From Chloroflexota bacterium (GTDB taxonomy: Bacteria; Chloroflexota; Dehalococcoidia; E44-bin15): DNA of 64,000 nucleotides. Each line of letters starts with the position of its first letter. The stretch's first letter is position 1. Under the pieces are notes generated by a model, which was not told the DNA's origin, ran no database searches, and saw only the letters and a list, made by a program, of their open reading frames with translations. The translations under genes and the position numbers were made by a program. The stretch lies in NCBI GenBank assembly GCA_030604825.1, contig JAUVVB010000010.1, positions 2,109 to 66,108 of the forward strand, written 5' to 3'. Shown here piece after piece: positions 1 to 9,084 of this stretch.

Positions 1-2048
1 TCGATCTGGGAATAGTCGGCACCGAGCAGGAGATGGCCGTCACCGGCAATAAAGGCCTGCCTCACCTGCCTTCCCAGCTCCCCCCTGATGGGGATGTTTT
101 GCAGATTGGGGTCGCTGGAGGAGAGCCGCCCGGTGGTGGTGCCCGTCTGGTTGAAACTGGTATGCACCCTCCCTGTCTGGGGATTGGTCAGGACAGGCAG
201 GGCATCGATATAGGTGGACTTCAGCTTTGTTAGCTGGCGATACTCCAGGAGGGGCTCAATTACGGGGTGAACGCCCCTAAGCCCATCGAGGACGGAGGCA
301 TCGGTGGAATAGCCGCTCTTGGTCTTACGCCCGCCGGGCAGCCTCAGTTCCTCGAAGAGAACAGCCCCCAGTTGCTGGGTTGAATTTATGTTAAATCTAT
401 GGCCAACCAGGTTATAGATCTCCGCCTCGAGCTCTATCATCCTCTGCCCCAGGCCCTGGGACATCGCCCACAGGGAATCCCTATCCAGCGCCACCCCGTT
501 CCTCTCCATGGCCAGGAGCACCGGAACCAGGGGCATCTCCACCCGGGAGAAGAGGTCCCACAGCCCCTCCCCCTTCAGCTCCCCCTCGAGCAGCCCGGCC
601 AGCATCCCGGTGATGTTAGCATCGTCACAGGCATATCGAGCAGCAGTGGCAATATCGACATAGGCCATGGAGATTTGCTTTGCCCCCTTGCCGATGAGGT
701 CGCTGATGGGGGTCATCTCGATGCCCAGCCGGCTGAAGGCAAGGGACTTGAGCCCCAGCGCCTTCTCCCCCAATAGATAGGCGGCGATCATGGTGTCGAA
801 GCTGAGGTTCTTCAGCTCGATGCCATGCTGGGCCAGAACCATCATGTCATACTTCCCATTGTGGGCCACCTTGGCAACCCCCGGATCCTGGATGAGGGGC
901 TTTAGCCCTTCCACAACCTGGGCCAGGGGGAGCTGGGTGCCCATACTATGCCCTACAGGCACATAGCAGGCCCTGCCCTGCTGCCAAGATATGGAGATGC
1001 CCACCAGCCCGGCATGCATAGGATGCCTGCCCGTGGTCTCAACGTCGATGACGAAGGATGGGACGGCGGATAGCTTCTCCACCAGCCCCTCCAGAGCCTC
1101 GGGGGTGTCCACAATGTGGTAATCCCTTTCCAGCACCTCCTTGGGCACCCTTTCCCCCTCCATCTCCAGCCCCTGGAGCTTTGGCAGAAGGGTGGTGAAC
1201 TCCAGTTCCCGGAAGAACTCCACCACCCTCTCCCGATCGAAGGCGGAGATGGCACAGGCATCCAGGTCCAGGGTGATGGGGACATCGGCGACGATAGTGG
1301 CCAGCCTCTTGCTTTGCTGCGCCTTTTTTTCGCCCTCTCTCAGTGCCTGCTGCACCTTTGGCGGGGCTACCTCATCGATATGGGCGTATATTTCCTCGAT
1401 GGTGTCAAACTGCTGAAGCAGCTTCGCCGCCGTCTTCTCGCCGATCCCCGAGACGCCGGGAATGTTGTCCGTGGCATCTCCTTTCAACCCCTTGAGGTCG
1501 GCGATTCGGGGGGGAGGGATGCCATATCTCTCCATCACCCTTTGCTCATCGTAGACCACGGTGTCGCTGAAGGGCCTGCCCGGCCTGGGGGTAAGCACCC
1601 TCACCCTGGGGGAAACTAACTGCAAGGTATCCAGGTCCCCGCTGACGACAATGGTATCGATCCCCTGGGCGCTGGCCTGGCGGCAAAGGGTCCCCAGGAT
1701 ATCGTCGGCCTCATAGCCCTCCACCTCAAAGAGGGGGATATGAAATGCCTGCACCAACTGGCGCACCCGCTTAAACTGATCCCTTAGCTCATCAGGAGCG
1801 GGGGGACGCTGCGCCTTATAGGGCTCGAACTCCTTATGCCTGAAGGTGGGTGCCGGATAGTCGAAGGCGATGGCATAATGGGTAGGCCTGAGCTCGGCGA
1901 GCACCTTTAGCACCATGCTGGCAAAGCCATAGACCGCCCCCGTCATCTCCCCCGTCTTGGTTACCGCCAGCGGGGGCAGGGCATGAAAGGCGCGATGCAC
2001 CAGCGCATTGCCATCGAACAGCAAGAGCAATGGCTTTTTTTCGACCAC
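1..2048 (-). CDS. polA: DNA polymerase I (5' part of gene; runs off window start); reading frame is broken near 1558-1562
   Basis: Minus-strand translation from GTG at 2046-2048 (SD AAGGGGAA upstream) gives VVEKKPLLLLFDGNALVHRAFHALPPL...RPTHYAIAFD...FEPYKAQRPPAPDELRDQF. This is the 5'-3' exonuclease N-terminus. A second frame further down gives VVYDEQRVMERYGIPPPRIADLKGLKGDATDNIPGVSGIGEKTAAKLL, the HhH motif. The two frames differ by 1 nt at about 1560. This ORF is not in the supplied track. Confidence 0.8.
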   Translation of the reverse strand, partial: MVEKKPLLLLFDGNALVHRAFHALPPLAVTKTGEMTGAVYGFASMVLKVLAELRPTHYAIAFDYPAPTFRHKEFEPYKAQRPPAPDELRDQFKRVRQLVQAFHIPLFEVEGYEADDILGTLCRQASAQGIDTIVVSGDLDTLQLVSPRVRVLTPRPGRPFSDTVVYDEQRVMERYGIPPPRIADLKGLKGDATDNIPGVSGIGEKTAAKLLQQFDTIEEIYAHIDEVAPPKVQQALREGEKKAQQSKRLATIVADVPITLDLDACAISAFDRERVVEFFRELEFTTLLPKLQGLEMEGERVPKEVLERDYHIVDTPEALEGLVEKLSAVPSFVIDVETTGRHPMHAGLVGISISWQQGRACYVPVGHSMGTQLPLAQVVEGLKPLIQDPGVAKVAHNGKYDMMVLAQHGIELKNLSFDTMIAAYLLGEKALGLKSLAFSRLGIEMTPISDLIGKGAKQISMAYVDIATAARYACDDANITGMLAGLLEGELKGEGLWDLFSRVEMPLVPVLLAMERNGVALDRDSLWAMSQGLGQRMIELEAEIYNLVGHRFNINSTQQLGAVLFEELRLPGGRKTKSGYSTDASVLDGLRGVHPVIEPLLEYRQLTKLKSTYIDALPVLTNPQTGRVHTSFNQTGTTTGRLSSSDPNLQNIPIRGELGRQVRQAFIAGDGHLLLGADYSQI

Positions 2049-2109
2049 TTCGTTCCCCTTCAATATCCCTCTCCTCCCCATTATAGCAACTTGTTGGAAA
2101 AAGCAAAAC

Positions 2110-2139
2110 TTGATAGCTTGCTCCCTTATGATGTATCAT
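2110..2139 (+). promoter_or_regulatory. Putative argF promoter (TTGATA-N18-TATCAT) with a perfect palindrome ATGAT-GT-ATCAT over the -10; candidate ArgR-type operator
   Basis: Read directly in the polA/argF divergent intergenic region. A GGGGGAAGGGG SD precedes the ATG at 2162. Confidence 0.3.
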
Positions 2140-2161
2140 TACCTAATATCGGGGGAAGGGG

Positions 2162-3052
2162 ATGAAGGGAAAAGACCTGCTCTCCATAGCTGATCTGGAT
2201 TCAGGGGAAATCCACGGCCTGATCGATAGCGCCATCACGTTGAAGCGGGGTGGAAGGAAAGCCCTCCTGGAGGGCAAAATGCTGGCCCTCATCTTCGAGA
2301 AGCCCTCCCTGCGCACCAGGGTGAGCTTTGATGTTGCCATGAAGCAGCTGGGAGGGGATACCATCTACCTCTCCCAAGCTGAGGTAGGACTGGGACAGCG
2401 GGAGCCCATATCCGATGTGGCTCGGGTGCTCAGCCGCTACGTGGATGGAATCGTGGCCCGAACCTTCTCCCACCAAAGCGTGGAGCTTCTGGCCCAATAT
2501 GCCTCCGTCCCGGTGATAAACGGCCTCTCCGACGAGGAGCACCCCTGCCAGGTTCTTTCGGATCTCTTGACCATCTATGAAAAGAAAGGCACACTGGAAG
2601 GTTTGATCGTCACCTATATTGGGGATGCCAATAACGTTGCCAACAGCCTGCTGCTGGCAGCATCCATAATGGGGATGGATTTCAGGATCGCCTCCCCCCA
2701 AGGCTATGGGCCTGCCGAGAAATTCCTGGTCCAGGGCCGAAAAACCCTGTTGACGCAGGACCCGAAACAGGCTGCCCGGGATGCCGATGTGGTCTATACC
2801 GATGTCTGGACCAGCATGGGGCAGGAGGCGGAGGCGGAGCGTCGCCGGATGGCTTTTTCGGGCTATCAGGTAGATAGCAGGCTTTTGTCGCTGGCAAAAG
2901 GGGAAGCCATCTTTATGCACCCGCTGCCGGCACATCATGGGGAGGAGATAGCGGAGGGGCTCCTGGAACTACCCCAGTCGGTGGTCTTCGACCAGGCGGA
3001 GAACCGGCTCCACATGCAAAAGGCGATCTTGGTGAAACTTCTAGGGGTATAA
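2162..3052 (+). CDS. argF: Ornithine carbamoyltransferase
   Basis: 296 aa with SLRTR (STRTR-like) carbamoyl-phosphate motif, HPCQ, DVWTSMGQE and HPLPA motifs typical of OTCase. Confidence 0.85.
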   Translation: MKGKDLLSIADLDSGEIHGLIDSAITLKRGGRKALLEGKMLALIFEKPSLRTRVSFDVAMKQLGGDTIYLSQAEVGLGQREPISDVARVLSRYVDGIVARTFSHQSVELLAQYASVPVINGLSDEEHPCQVLSDLLTIYEKKGTLEGLIVTYIGDANNVANSLLLAASIMGMDFRIASPQGYGPAEKFLVQGRKTLLTQDPKQAARDADVVYTDVWTSMGQEAEAERRRMAFSGYQVDSRLLSLAKGEAIFMHPLPAHHGEEIAEGLLELPQSVVFDQAENRLHMQKAILVKLLGV

Positions 3053-3066
3053 ATAGGGGTATAAAG

Positions 3067-4557
3067 ATGTGGGAAAAGGTAGGAGTCAAGATCGCCTGCG
3101 GAGTGTTTAGAACTCTTTGGGGCAAGCTGAAATCCGTCCTGGGTGGGAAAAGGGTGAAGATTACTGCCCGCGAAGTTGAAATCCCTGTCCCTGGAGGACG
3201 AAGCATCAAATATTCTGAGAGGATAACGGAAGTTCCTCTTAGTAAGGAAACAATTAGCCTTGTCGACGGTGGTGTTGAGTCGATACTGACTTCCCCAGCC
3301 ACAGCGGACGCGATTTCAAAGGTGCTTGGCCAAGCCGGGGCGAAGGAACTAGAAAAGCCCAAGGTGAGGGAGAAGAGGATAAAGCAAAGGGAAGATGTGG
3401 AGAGACTTGTGGAAGCTCCTCAGGTCAAAGCCTTGCCCGACAAGGAAAAGCTGCTATTTACGCTCTTCGCCTTTGTTGCTTATGGAGATAAGAGCTTCCA
3501 CTCCGATGCTTTCTGCGAAGCCGAGAATGCCTATCGAGAAGCCTACGAATTTGCCAAAAAGCTCGATGACAAACCCCTTCAGGGTATTTGCCTTAATCTT
3601 ATTGGCACGGCTATAGGTAATCAGCGTAGGGATGAAGAAGCGCTGCCTCTCTTCGAGGAAGCGCTAACGCTCAAATCCGACCTTGCCGAGGCTTGGTATA
3701 ACAAAGGGGTGTCGCTTCTTAGGCTTAAGCGATATGAGAAAGCCACCGTATGCTTTGATAAGGTGATAAGGCTCAAGCCTAACGATGCCGACGCGTGGCA
3801 TGGCAAAGGGGCAGCGCTTTTTGAGCTTGAGCGCTATGAGGAAGCCATCGCATGCTTTGGTGAGGCGATAAGGCTCGAGCCCGACCTTGCCGAGGCTTGG
3901 TATAACAAAGGCACAGCGCTTGCTGGGCTTGAGCGATATGAGGAAGCCATCTCCTGCTTCGATGAGGCGATAAGGCTTGACCCTGATTTTGCCATGGCTT
4001 GGTGTAATAAAGGCGTGGCGCTTAGCAGGCTTGAGCAATGCAAGGACGCCATTCCCTGCTTGGATGAGGCGATAAAGCTCGACCCCGATGATGCCGAGGC
4101 TTGGTATAACAAAGGCACAGCACTTATTGGGCTTGAGCGAGAAGAGGAAGCTATCCCTTGCTTTGATGAGGCGACAAGGCTTAACCCTGACCTTGGTAGC
4201 GCCTGGGCCATGAAAGGGCTGGCGCTGTTCCAGCTTGACCAAGACAAAGAGGCCAAGCAGAGCTTTGAGAAAGCTCTGCCTTTGAGAGATCAACTTCCAG
4301 ATAATGGCATGTCGGTCTTTAACGCTTTAACTTTCCTCATTTTGATGGAGGGGCTGGAGAGCGTTGCCTCAAATGATATAGAAGAAGCTAAGGAGAGAGC
4401 TTCAGAGCTTGCGCAACTGAGGAAAGAGGCGGAGAAAGATAACATGGCTCAGGTGGTCCATCAAGCAAGGGCAGAGTTTAAAGGGATGCTTTCTAAGGGA
4501 CAACTCAAAGGATTTCGCAAGCTTGAAAAGATACTAAGGGAAGTGGAAGAGCCATGA
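3067..4557 (+). CDS. TPR-repeat protein, lower GC (about 50%) than its neighbours; overlaps the der start as ATGA
   Basis: 496 aa with at least 6 tandem 34-aa TPR units (AEAWYNKGxAL..LERYEEAI.CFDEAIRL.PD). The units are near-identical at the DNA level. The N-terminal 200 aa have no recognisable domain. Confidence 0.8.
   Translation: MWEKVGVKIACGVFRTLWGKLKSVLGGKRVKITAREVEIPVPGGRSIKYSERITEVPLSKETISLVDGGVESILTSPATADAISKVLGQAGAKELEKPKVREKRIKQREDVERLVEAPQVKALPDKEKLLFTLFAFVAYGDKSFHSDAFCEAENAYREAYEFAKKLDDKPLQGICLNLIGTAIGNQRRDEEALPLFEEALTLKSDLAEAWYNKGVSLLRLKRYEKATVCFDKVIRLKPNDADAWHGKGAALFELERYEEAIACFGEAIRLEPDLAEAWYNKGTALAGLERYEEAISCFDEAIRLDPDFAMAWCNKGVALSRLEQCKDAIPCLDEAIKLDPDDAEAWYNKGTALIGLEREEEAIPCFDEATRLNPDLGSAWAMKGLALFQLDQDKEAKQSFEKALPLRDQLPDNGMSVFNALTFLILMEGLESVASNDIEEAKERASELAQLRKEAEKDNMAQVVHQARAEFKGMLSKGQLKGFRKLEKILREVEEP
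3652..4260 (+). repeat. Six tandem 102-bp DNA repeats encoding the TPR units (gccgaggcttggtataacaaagg recurs exactly)
   Basis: Direct reading of the sequence. The antisense ORFs 3664..4293 and 3834..4256 are repeat artefacts. Confidence 0.85.
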
Positions 4558-5867
4558 CCAAGCCCATCGTTGCCATAATGGGCAGGCCAAACGTGGGCAA
4601 GTCCACCCTGTTCAATCGCCTGGTGGGAAAGCCGATGGCCATCACCGAGCACACCCCCGGCACCACCAGGGATCGCCTCTATGCCGACATCGTCTGGAGG
4701 GACTCCAGCCTCACCCTCATCGATACCGGCGGCCTGTTTCCCACCCCACCATCGGAGCTGGCCCACAGGGTGAAGGAGCAGGTGCAGGTAGCCATGGATG
4801 AGGCCGATGTAATCATCTTCCTGGTGGATGTAGTGGACGGGGCAACCGTTATGGACAAGGAGATCGCCGAAACCCTGCGCCGCTCGGGAAAGCCGGTAAT
4901 GCTTGCCGTCAACAAGGCCGATAACGAGCAGCGCCGCCAGGAAGCGCTTCAGTTCTACGAGCTTGCCATGGGAGACCCCCTTCCCATCAGCGCCTATCAC
5001 AACATCGGCGTGGACCAGCTGCTCGATATGGTAGTGGAAAATCTCCCCTTCTTCCCCCCTGAGGAGGAGCTGGAGATGATGAAGGTTGCCATTGTGGGTC
5101 GCCCCAATGTGGGAAAGTCCATGCTCCTCAACGCCATCCTGAGGCAGGAGCGGGCCATCGTCACCGATACCCCGGGCACCACCAGGGATGCCCTGGACAC
5201 CATTTTTGAGTATAATGGCCAGCGTATGCTCCTCATCGATACCGCTGGCATTCGGAGGAGGGGAAAGGTTGAGGTGGGCATCGAGCGCTACAGCGTGGCC
5301 AGGGCGCTGCGCGCCATCAGCCGAGCCGATGTTGCCCTGCTCATCACCGAGGCCACCGAGGCCATCACCGCTCAGGATACCCACATCGCCGGCTACATCC
5401 AGGAGGCGTTCAAGGGGATGGTGCTGGTGGTTAATAAATGGGACCTGGTAGAGGAGATGGCGGACCGCTCCCAGTGGACCAGGGAGACCCGGCAACGGCT
5501 CAGGTTCATGCCTTACGTGCCCATCCTTTTCATCTCCGCCAAATACGGCAGGGGAATAGACGATGTTCTCAACGCAGCCAGGGAAATCTTCGAGGAGCGA
5601 CAGAAGCGCGTCGCCACCGCCCTGCTAAATAGCGTCATCCGCGATGCGGTGGATACCCATGCCCCCCCTTCAGTGAGGGGCAAAAGGCTTAAAATCCTTT
5701 ACGCCACCCAGGCGGAGATAAATCCCCCCACATTCGTCTTATTCATCAACGATCCCACCCTGATGCACTTCTCCTATCAGCGCTACCTGGAGAACAGGCT
5801 GCGCCAGGACTTTGGCTTTAAGGGAACGCCACTGCGCCTCATCTTCAAGAGAAGGGGTGAAAGGTGA
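4554..5867 (+). CDS. der: Ribosome-associated GTPase Der/EngA (two tandem GTPase domains)
   Basis: GRPNVGKS appears twice, plus DTGG/DTAG and NKAD/NKWD motifs and a KH-like C-terminus. Confidence 0.9.
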   Translation: MTKPIVAIMGRPNVGKSTLFNRLVGKPMAITEHTPGTTRDRLYADIVWRDSSLTLIDTGGLFPTPPSELAHRVKEQVQVAMDEADVIIFLVDVVDGATVMDKEIAETLRRSGKPVMLAVNKADNEQRRQEALQFYELAMGDPLPISAYHNIGVDQLLDMVVENLPFFPPEEELEMMKVAIVGRPNVGKSMLLNAILRQERAIVTDTPGTTRDALDTIFEYNGQRMLLIDTAGIRRRGKVEVGIERYSVARALRAISRADVALLITEATEAITAQDTHIAGYIQEAFKGMVLVVNKWDLVEEMADRSQWTRETRQRLRFMPYVPILFISAKYGRGIDDVLNAAREIFEERQKRVATALLNSVIRDAVDTHAPPSVRGKRLKILYATQAEINPPTFVLFINDPTLMHFSYQRYLENRLRQDFGFKGTPLRLIFKRRGER

Positions 5868-6490
5868 TCGTTCTCAAGTTTATCGGCATCGTCCTTCTGG
5901 GCTATCTCATCGGCGCCATCCCTTTTGGCGTCATCGCGGGAAGGCTGACTCGGGGCATCGATGTGAGGCAATATGGCAGTGGCAGCATGGGGGCGACCAA
6001 CGTATTGCGCACCATTGGCGCCCGGGCAGGCATCCTGGTCTTCGTGGCCGACGTGGCAAAGGGGGCAGCGGCGGTGGCCCTGGCCTGGCTCATTTTCGCC
6101 TCATCGCCCCATGTGGCCTGGGGTCAGGTGGCCGGGGGGGCGGCAGCCGTCATCGGGCATAGCTGGCCCATATATGTCAAATTCCAGGGCGGGCGCGGCG
6201 TGACCACCGGCCTGGGCGCTCTGATGACGATGCTCTGGCCGGTAGCTCTCATCTGCCTCGCCATCTTCGCCATCGTTTTGGGGTTATCCCGCTATGTCTC
6301 CCTAGGCTCCATGCTGGCAGCCTCGGCAGCGATAGTGTTCACCATCCCCTTCATTATCCTGGGGGAGGAACCTTTTGCCTACCTGGTTTATGGATTGGTT
6401 GTGGTACCCATAGTGCTCTTTCGCCATCGGGGAAACATTCAACGGCTAATTTGCGGAGGAGAGCCAAGGATAGGCAGGACAAGCCCATGA
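5864..6490 (+). CDS. plsY: Glycerol-3-phosphate acyltransferase PlsY
   Basis: GSGSMGATNVLRTIG motif in a polytopic membrane protein. It sits in the conserved der-plsY-gpsA cluster. Confidence 0.85.
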   Translation: MIVLKFIGIVLLGYLIGAIPFGVIAGRLTRGIDVRQYGSGSMGATNVLRTIGARAGILVFVADVAKGAAAVALAWLIFASSPHVAWGQVAGGAAAVIGHSWPIYVKFQGGRGVTTGLGALMTMLWPVALICLAIFAIVLGLSRYVSLGSMLAASAAIVFTIPFIILGEEPFAYLVYGLVVVPIVLFRHRGNIQRLICGGEPRIGRTSP

Positions 6491-7473
6491 AGGTCGCCAT
6501 CATCGGCACCACCGGCTGGGGGACAACCCTGGGGATAATGCTCGGCCGAAGGGACATGGAGGTCGCCCTGTGGGCCAGAACCAGGGAGGAGGCTGAAAGG
6601 CTGGACAGGGAGAGGGAGAACGCCCAGCGCCTGCCTGGCGTTCGCCTTCCCCAAAACCTATCCCCCACCGCCTCCATAGCGGAAGCGCTCCAAGGCGCCT
6701 CGTTGGTTATCCTCGCCGTGCCCTCCCAGGAGATGAGGGCCAATGTCCGGCTTTTGAAGGAGCACGTCGATGAATCGATGCCCATCCTGAGCGCTGCCAA
6801 AGGGCTGGAGCTGGGAACGGCAAAAAGGATGAGCCAGGTGATCGCCGAGGAGCTCGGGCCGGCGCACAGGTCAAATATCTGTGTGCTCTCCGGGCCAAAC
6901 CTATCCCGGGAGATCGTTCAAGGTTTGCCAGCATCAACGGTGGTCGCCGCAGAGGATACGTCACTGGCGGAAAGGGTTAAACGGATAATGAGCTCGCCAA
7001 CCTTCCAGGTTTATACCAGCGACGACGTGGTGGGGGTTGAACTGGGGGGAGCGCTTAAGAACATCATCGCCCTGGGCGCAGGCATGGCCGATGGGCTGGG
7101 CTATGGCAACAATGCCAAGGCTGCCTATATGGCGCAAGGCCTTACCGAGATCACCCGCCTCGGGGTTGCCGCCGGGGCAAGCCCCATCACCTTCATTGGG
7201 CTTTCTTGCCTGGGGGACCTGCTGGCCACTTGCTCCAGCCCGCTGAGCCGAAATCACACCCTGGGGGAAGGGTTAGCCCAGGGACGCTCCCTGGAGGAGA
7301 TAAAGGCCTCTATGGGAAGCGTTGTCGAGGGGGTTGCCACCACCGCTGCCGCCCGCCAGATGGCCCGAGAGCTGGGGGTGGAGATGCCCATCACCGAGCA
7401 GATCTACCGCGTGCTCTTTGAAGGCGAGAGTCCCGCCCGGGCGATGGCAGAGCTGATAGGGGAGCAAGGCTAA
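6487..7473 (+). CDS. gpsA: NAD(P)H-dependent glycerol-3-phosphate dehydrogenase
   Basis: MKVAIIGTTGWGTTLG Rossmann N-terminus. I place the start at the internal ATG at 6487 rather than 6451 because it overlaps the plsY end. Confidence 0.85.
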   Translation: MKVAIIGTTGWGTTLGIMLGRRDMEVALWARTREEAERLDRERENAQRLPGVRLPQNLSPTASIAEALQGASLVILAVPSQEMRANVRLLKEHVDESMPILSAAKGLELGTAKRMSQVIAEELGPAHRSNICVLSGPNLSREIVQGLPASTVVAAEDTSLAERVKRIMSSPTFQVYTSDDVVGVELGGALKNIIALGAGMADGLGYGNNAKAAYMAQGLTEITRLGVAAGASPITFIGLSCLGDLLATCSSPLSRNHTLGEGLAQGRSLEEIKASMGSVVEGVATTAAARQMARELGVEMPITEQIYRVLFEGESPARAMAELIGEQG

Positions 7474-8204
7474 GCGGGGTCCAGTTCCCCAAATTCGTAA
7501 AATACCGCAGTGGCGGCCACCAAGCCTGCGGTCTCCGCCCTGAGAACTCGTCTGCCCAGGGTGATAGGCACCAGGCCACAGCTTCGCGCAATCTCCACCT
7601 CCGCCGGGGAAAAACCCCCTTCAGGACCGATAAAGATGTTCACCGTGAGCGGGCTTTTGCCCGCCAGGGCAGGGCGCAGCCCCATGGCCTCCTCCCCCTC
7701 CCAGGCGAGCAGGGAAAGCCCCTCGGCCGACTCACAGGCCTGGGGAAAAAGGAGCACCGGCATCAGCGAGGGAAGCCTCCCCCGCCCCGATTGCTCCGCC
7801 GCCTCAGCGATGATCCGCTGCCACCGGCCAGACTTCCTCGTGCTCACATCCTTGAGGTGCCCCACCACACAGCGCTCACAGAGCATGGGGACAAAGCCCA
7901 TCACCCCCAGCTCCACCCCCTTCTGCAGGACGACTTCGAATTTATCGCCCTTGAGCAAGGCCTGATAGATGATGACCTTGATCCGCGGCTCCTCGATCAG
8001 CCTCCTCCCCACTACCACCCCTTTCACCCATCCCCTCTTCACCTCCTTCAGCTCCACCTCATATTCCCAGCCACTATTGTCCAGGACGATGATGCGCTCT
8101 CCCTGCCCCAGGCGCAGCACATCCCGTATCTGATGAACCTGATTTCCCTGGATCACCACACCATCCTGGTCTATCCATTCCGCAGGAATGAAAAAGCGGT
8201 GCAT
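7470..8204 (-). CDS. rsmE: 16S rRNA (uracil1498-N3)-methyltransferase RsmE
   Basis: MHRFFIP N-terminus and a PUA-like plus SPOUT C-terminal region (IFIGPEGGFSPAEVE). The start was moved to the internal Met at 8204. Confidence 0.75.
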   Translation of the reverse strand: MHRFFIPAEWIDQDGVVIQGNQVHQIRDVLRLGQGERIIVLDNSGWEYEVELKEVKRGWVKGVVVGRRLIEEPRIKVIIYQALLKGDKFEVVLQKGVELGVMGFVPMLCERCVVGHLKDVSTRKSGRWQRIIAEAAEQSGRGRLPSLMPVLLFPQACESAEGLSLLAWEGEEAMGLRPALAGKSPLTVNIFIGPEGGFSPAEVEIARSCGLVPITLGRRVLRAETAGLVAATAVFYEFGELDPA

Positions 8205-8218
8205 AACAGAACTCAACT

Positions 8219-9076
8219 TTACCCAACCTGGGCCACTATGGCTCGCCACCTATCCTCGGCCAGGACCTCTATTGTCTTAGCCCCCGCATCCCCAAGCCTT
8301 TCGCCCACCCCTTGAAGCCGGTCTTCAGCGATGCCACCAGCGATGAGAATGCCCCCTGCCTTGAGGCAGAGCGCCAGGGGATGGGAAAGCTCCTCGATGA
8401 CATCGGCAGTGATATTGGCCACCACGAGGTCAAACCTCGCATCGAGGGGAAGGGTCCCCTCCTCAACGGTTACCAGGTGAGCCACTCCATTGGCCTGGAT
8501 GTTTCCCTTCGCCACCGTCACCGCCGTGGGGTTGATGTCCACGGCCTGAACCGATGATGCCTCCAGCTTTGCCGCCGCTATAGCCAGAATCCCCGAGCCC
8601 GTCCCCAGGTCGAGCACCGCCATCCCCGGCCGAAGATATCGCTCCAGGGCCAACAGGCATAGCCTGGTGGTGGCATGCTCCCCGCTGCCAAAGGCCATCC
8701 CCGGGTCAAGCTCGATGACCACCTCGCCTGGCTTGGCCTTATAATCCTCCCAGGCCGGCTTTATCACCAGGCGCGCCCCCACCCTGAAGGTCTTGAAGTG
8801 CTTCCTCCAGGCGGTCTCCCATTCCTGCTCCTCGAATTCGCATTGGGAAAGCTCCACGGGACCTTTAAGCGCCAAGGAGGCCAGGGCCTGCTCAAGCTCC
8901 AGCCTCCTCTTGGGAAGGGAGATATCAACGGGAAGAAATATCTTGACTATGGCTTTTGCATCGGGGATGAGCTCCTGCTCTATGGCAACGCCGCCGTGGC
9001 CAAAGCCACCAAATACCTCCGCCACCAGCTCAGCATCGCCGGCCTGAACCTGGGCAGATAATTCAAGCCACCTCAT
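8219..9076 (-). CDS. prmA: Ribosomal protein L11 methyltransferase
   Basis: 285 aa with the SAM-binding LDLGTGSGILAIAAAKLEA motif. It lies in the dnaJ-prmA-rsmE arrangement common in Firmicutes and Chloroflexi. Confidence 0.8.
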   Translation of the reverse strand: MRWLELSAQVQAGDAELVAEVFGGFGHGGVAIEQELIPDAKAIVKIFLPVDISLPKRRLELEQALASLALKGPVELSQCEFEEQEWETAWRKHFKTFRVGARLVIKPAWEDYKAKPGEVVIELDPGMAFGSGEHATTRLCLLALERYLRPGMAVLDLGTGSGILAIAAAKLEASSVQAVDINPTAVTVAKGNIQANGVAHLVTVEEGTLPLDARFDLVVANITADVIEELSHPLALCLKAGGILIAGGIAEDRLQGVGERLGDAGAKTIEVLAEDRWRAIVAQVG

Positions 9077-9084
9077 CGCCTATT

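Noticed and set aside
1834-2139. 101-aa minus-strand ORF and small plus ORFs at 1116-2193
   Set aside because: They overlap the polA reading frames and the polA/argF promoter region. No motifs.
3664-4293. 209-aa and 140-aa minus-strand ORFs inside the TPR gene
   Set aside because: Produced by the tandem DNA repeats. The translation is periodic nonsense.
4461-5495. 344-aa minus-strand ORF inside der
   Set aside because: Antisense of the GTPase gene.
6451-6486. Upstream start of gpsA (MRRRAKDRQDKP...)
   Set aside because: It overlaps plsY. The Rossmann N-terminus begins at the ATG at 6487, which also gives the usual 4-nt overlap.
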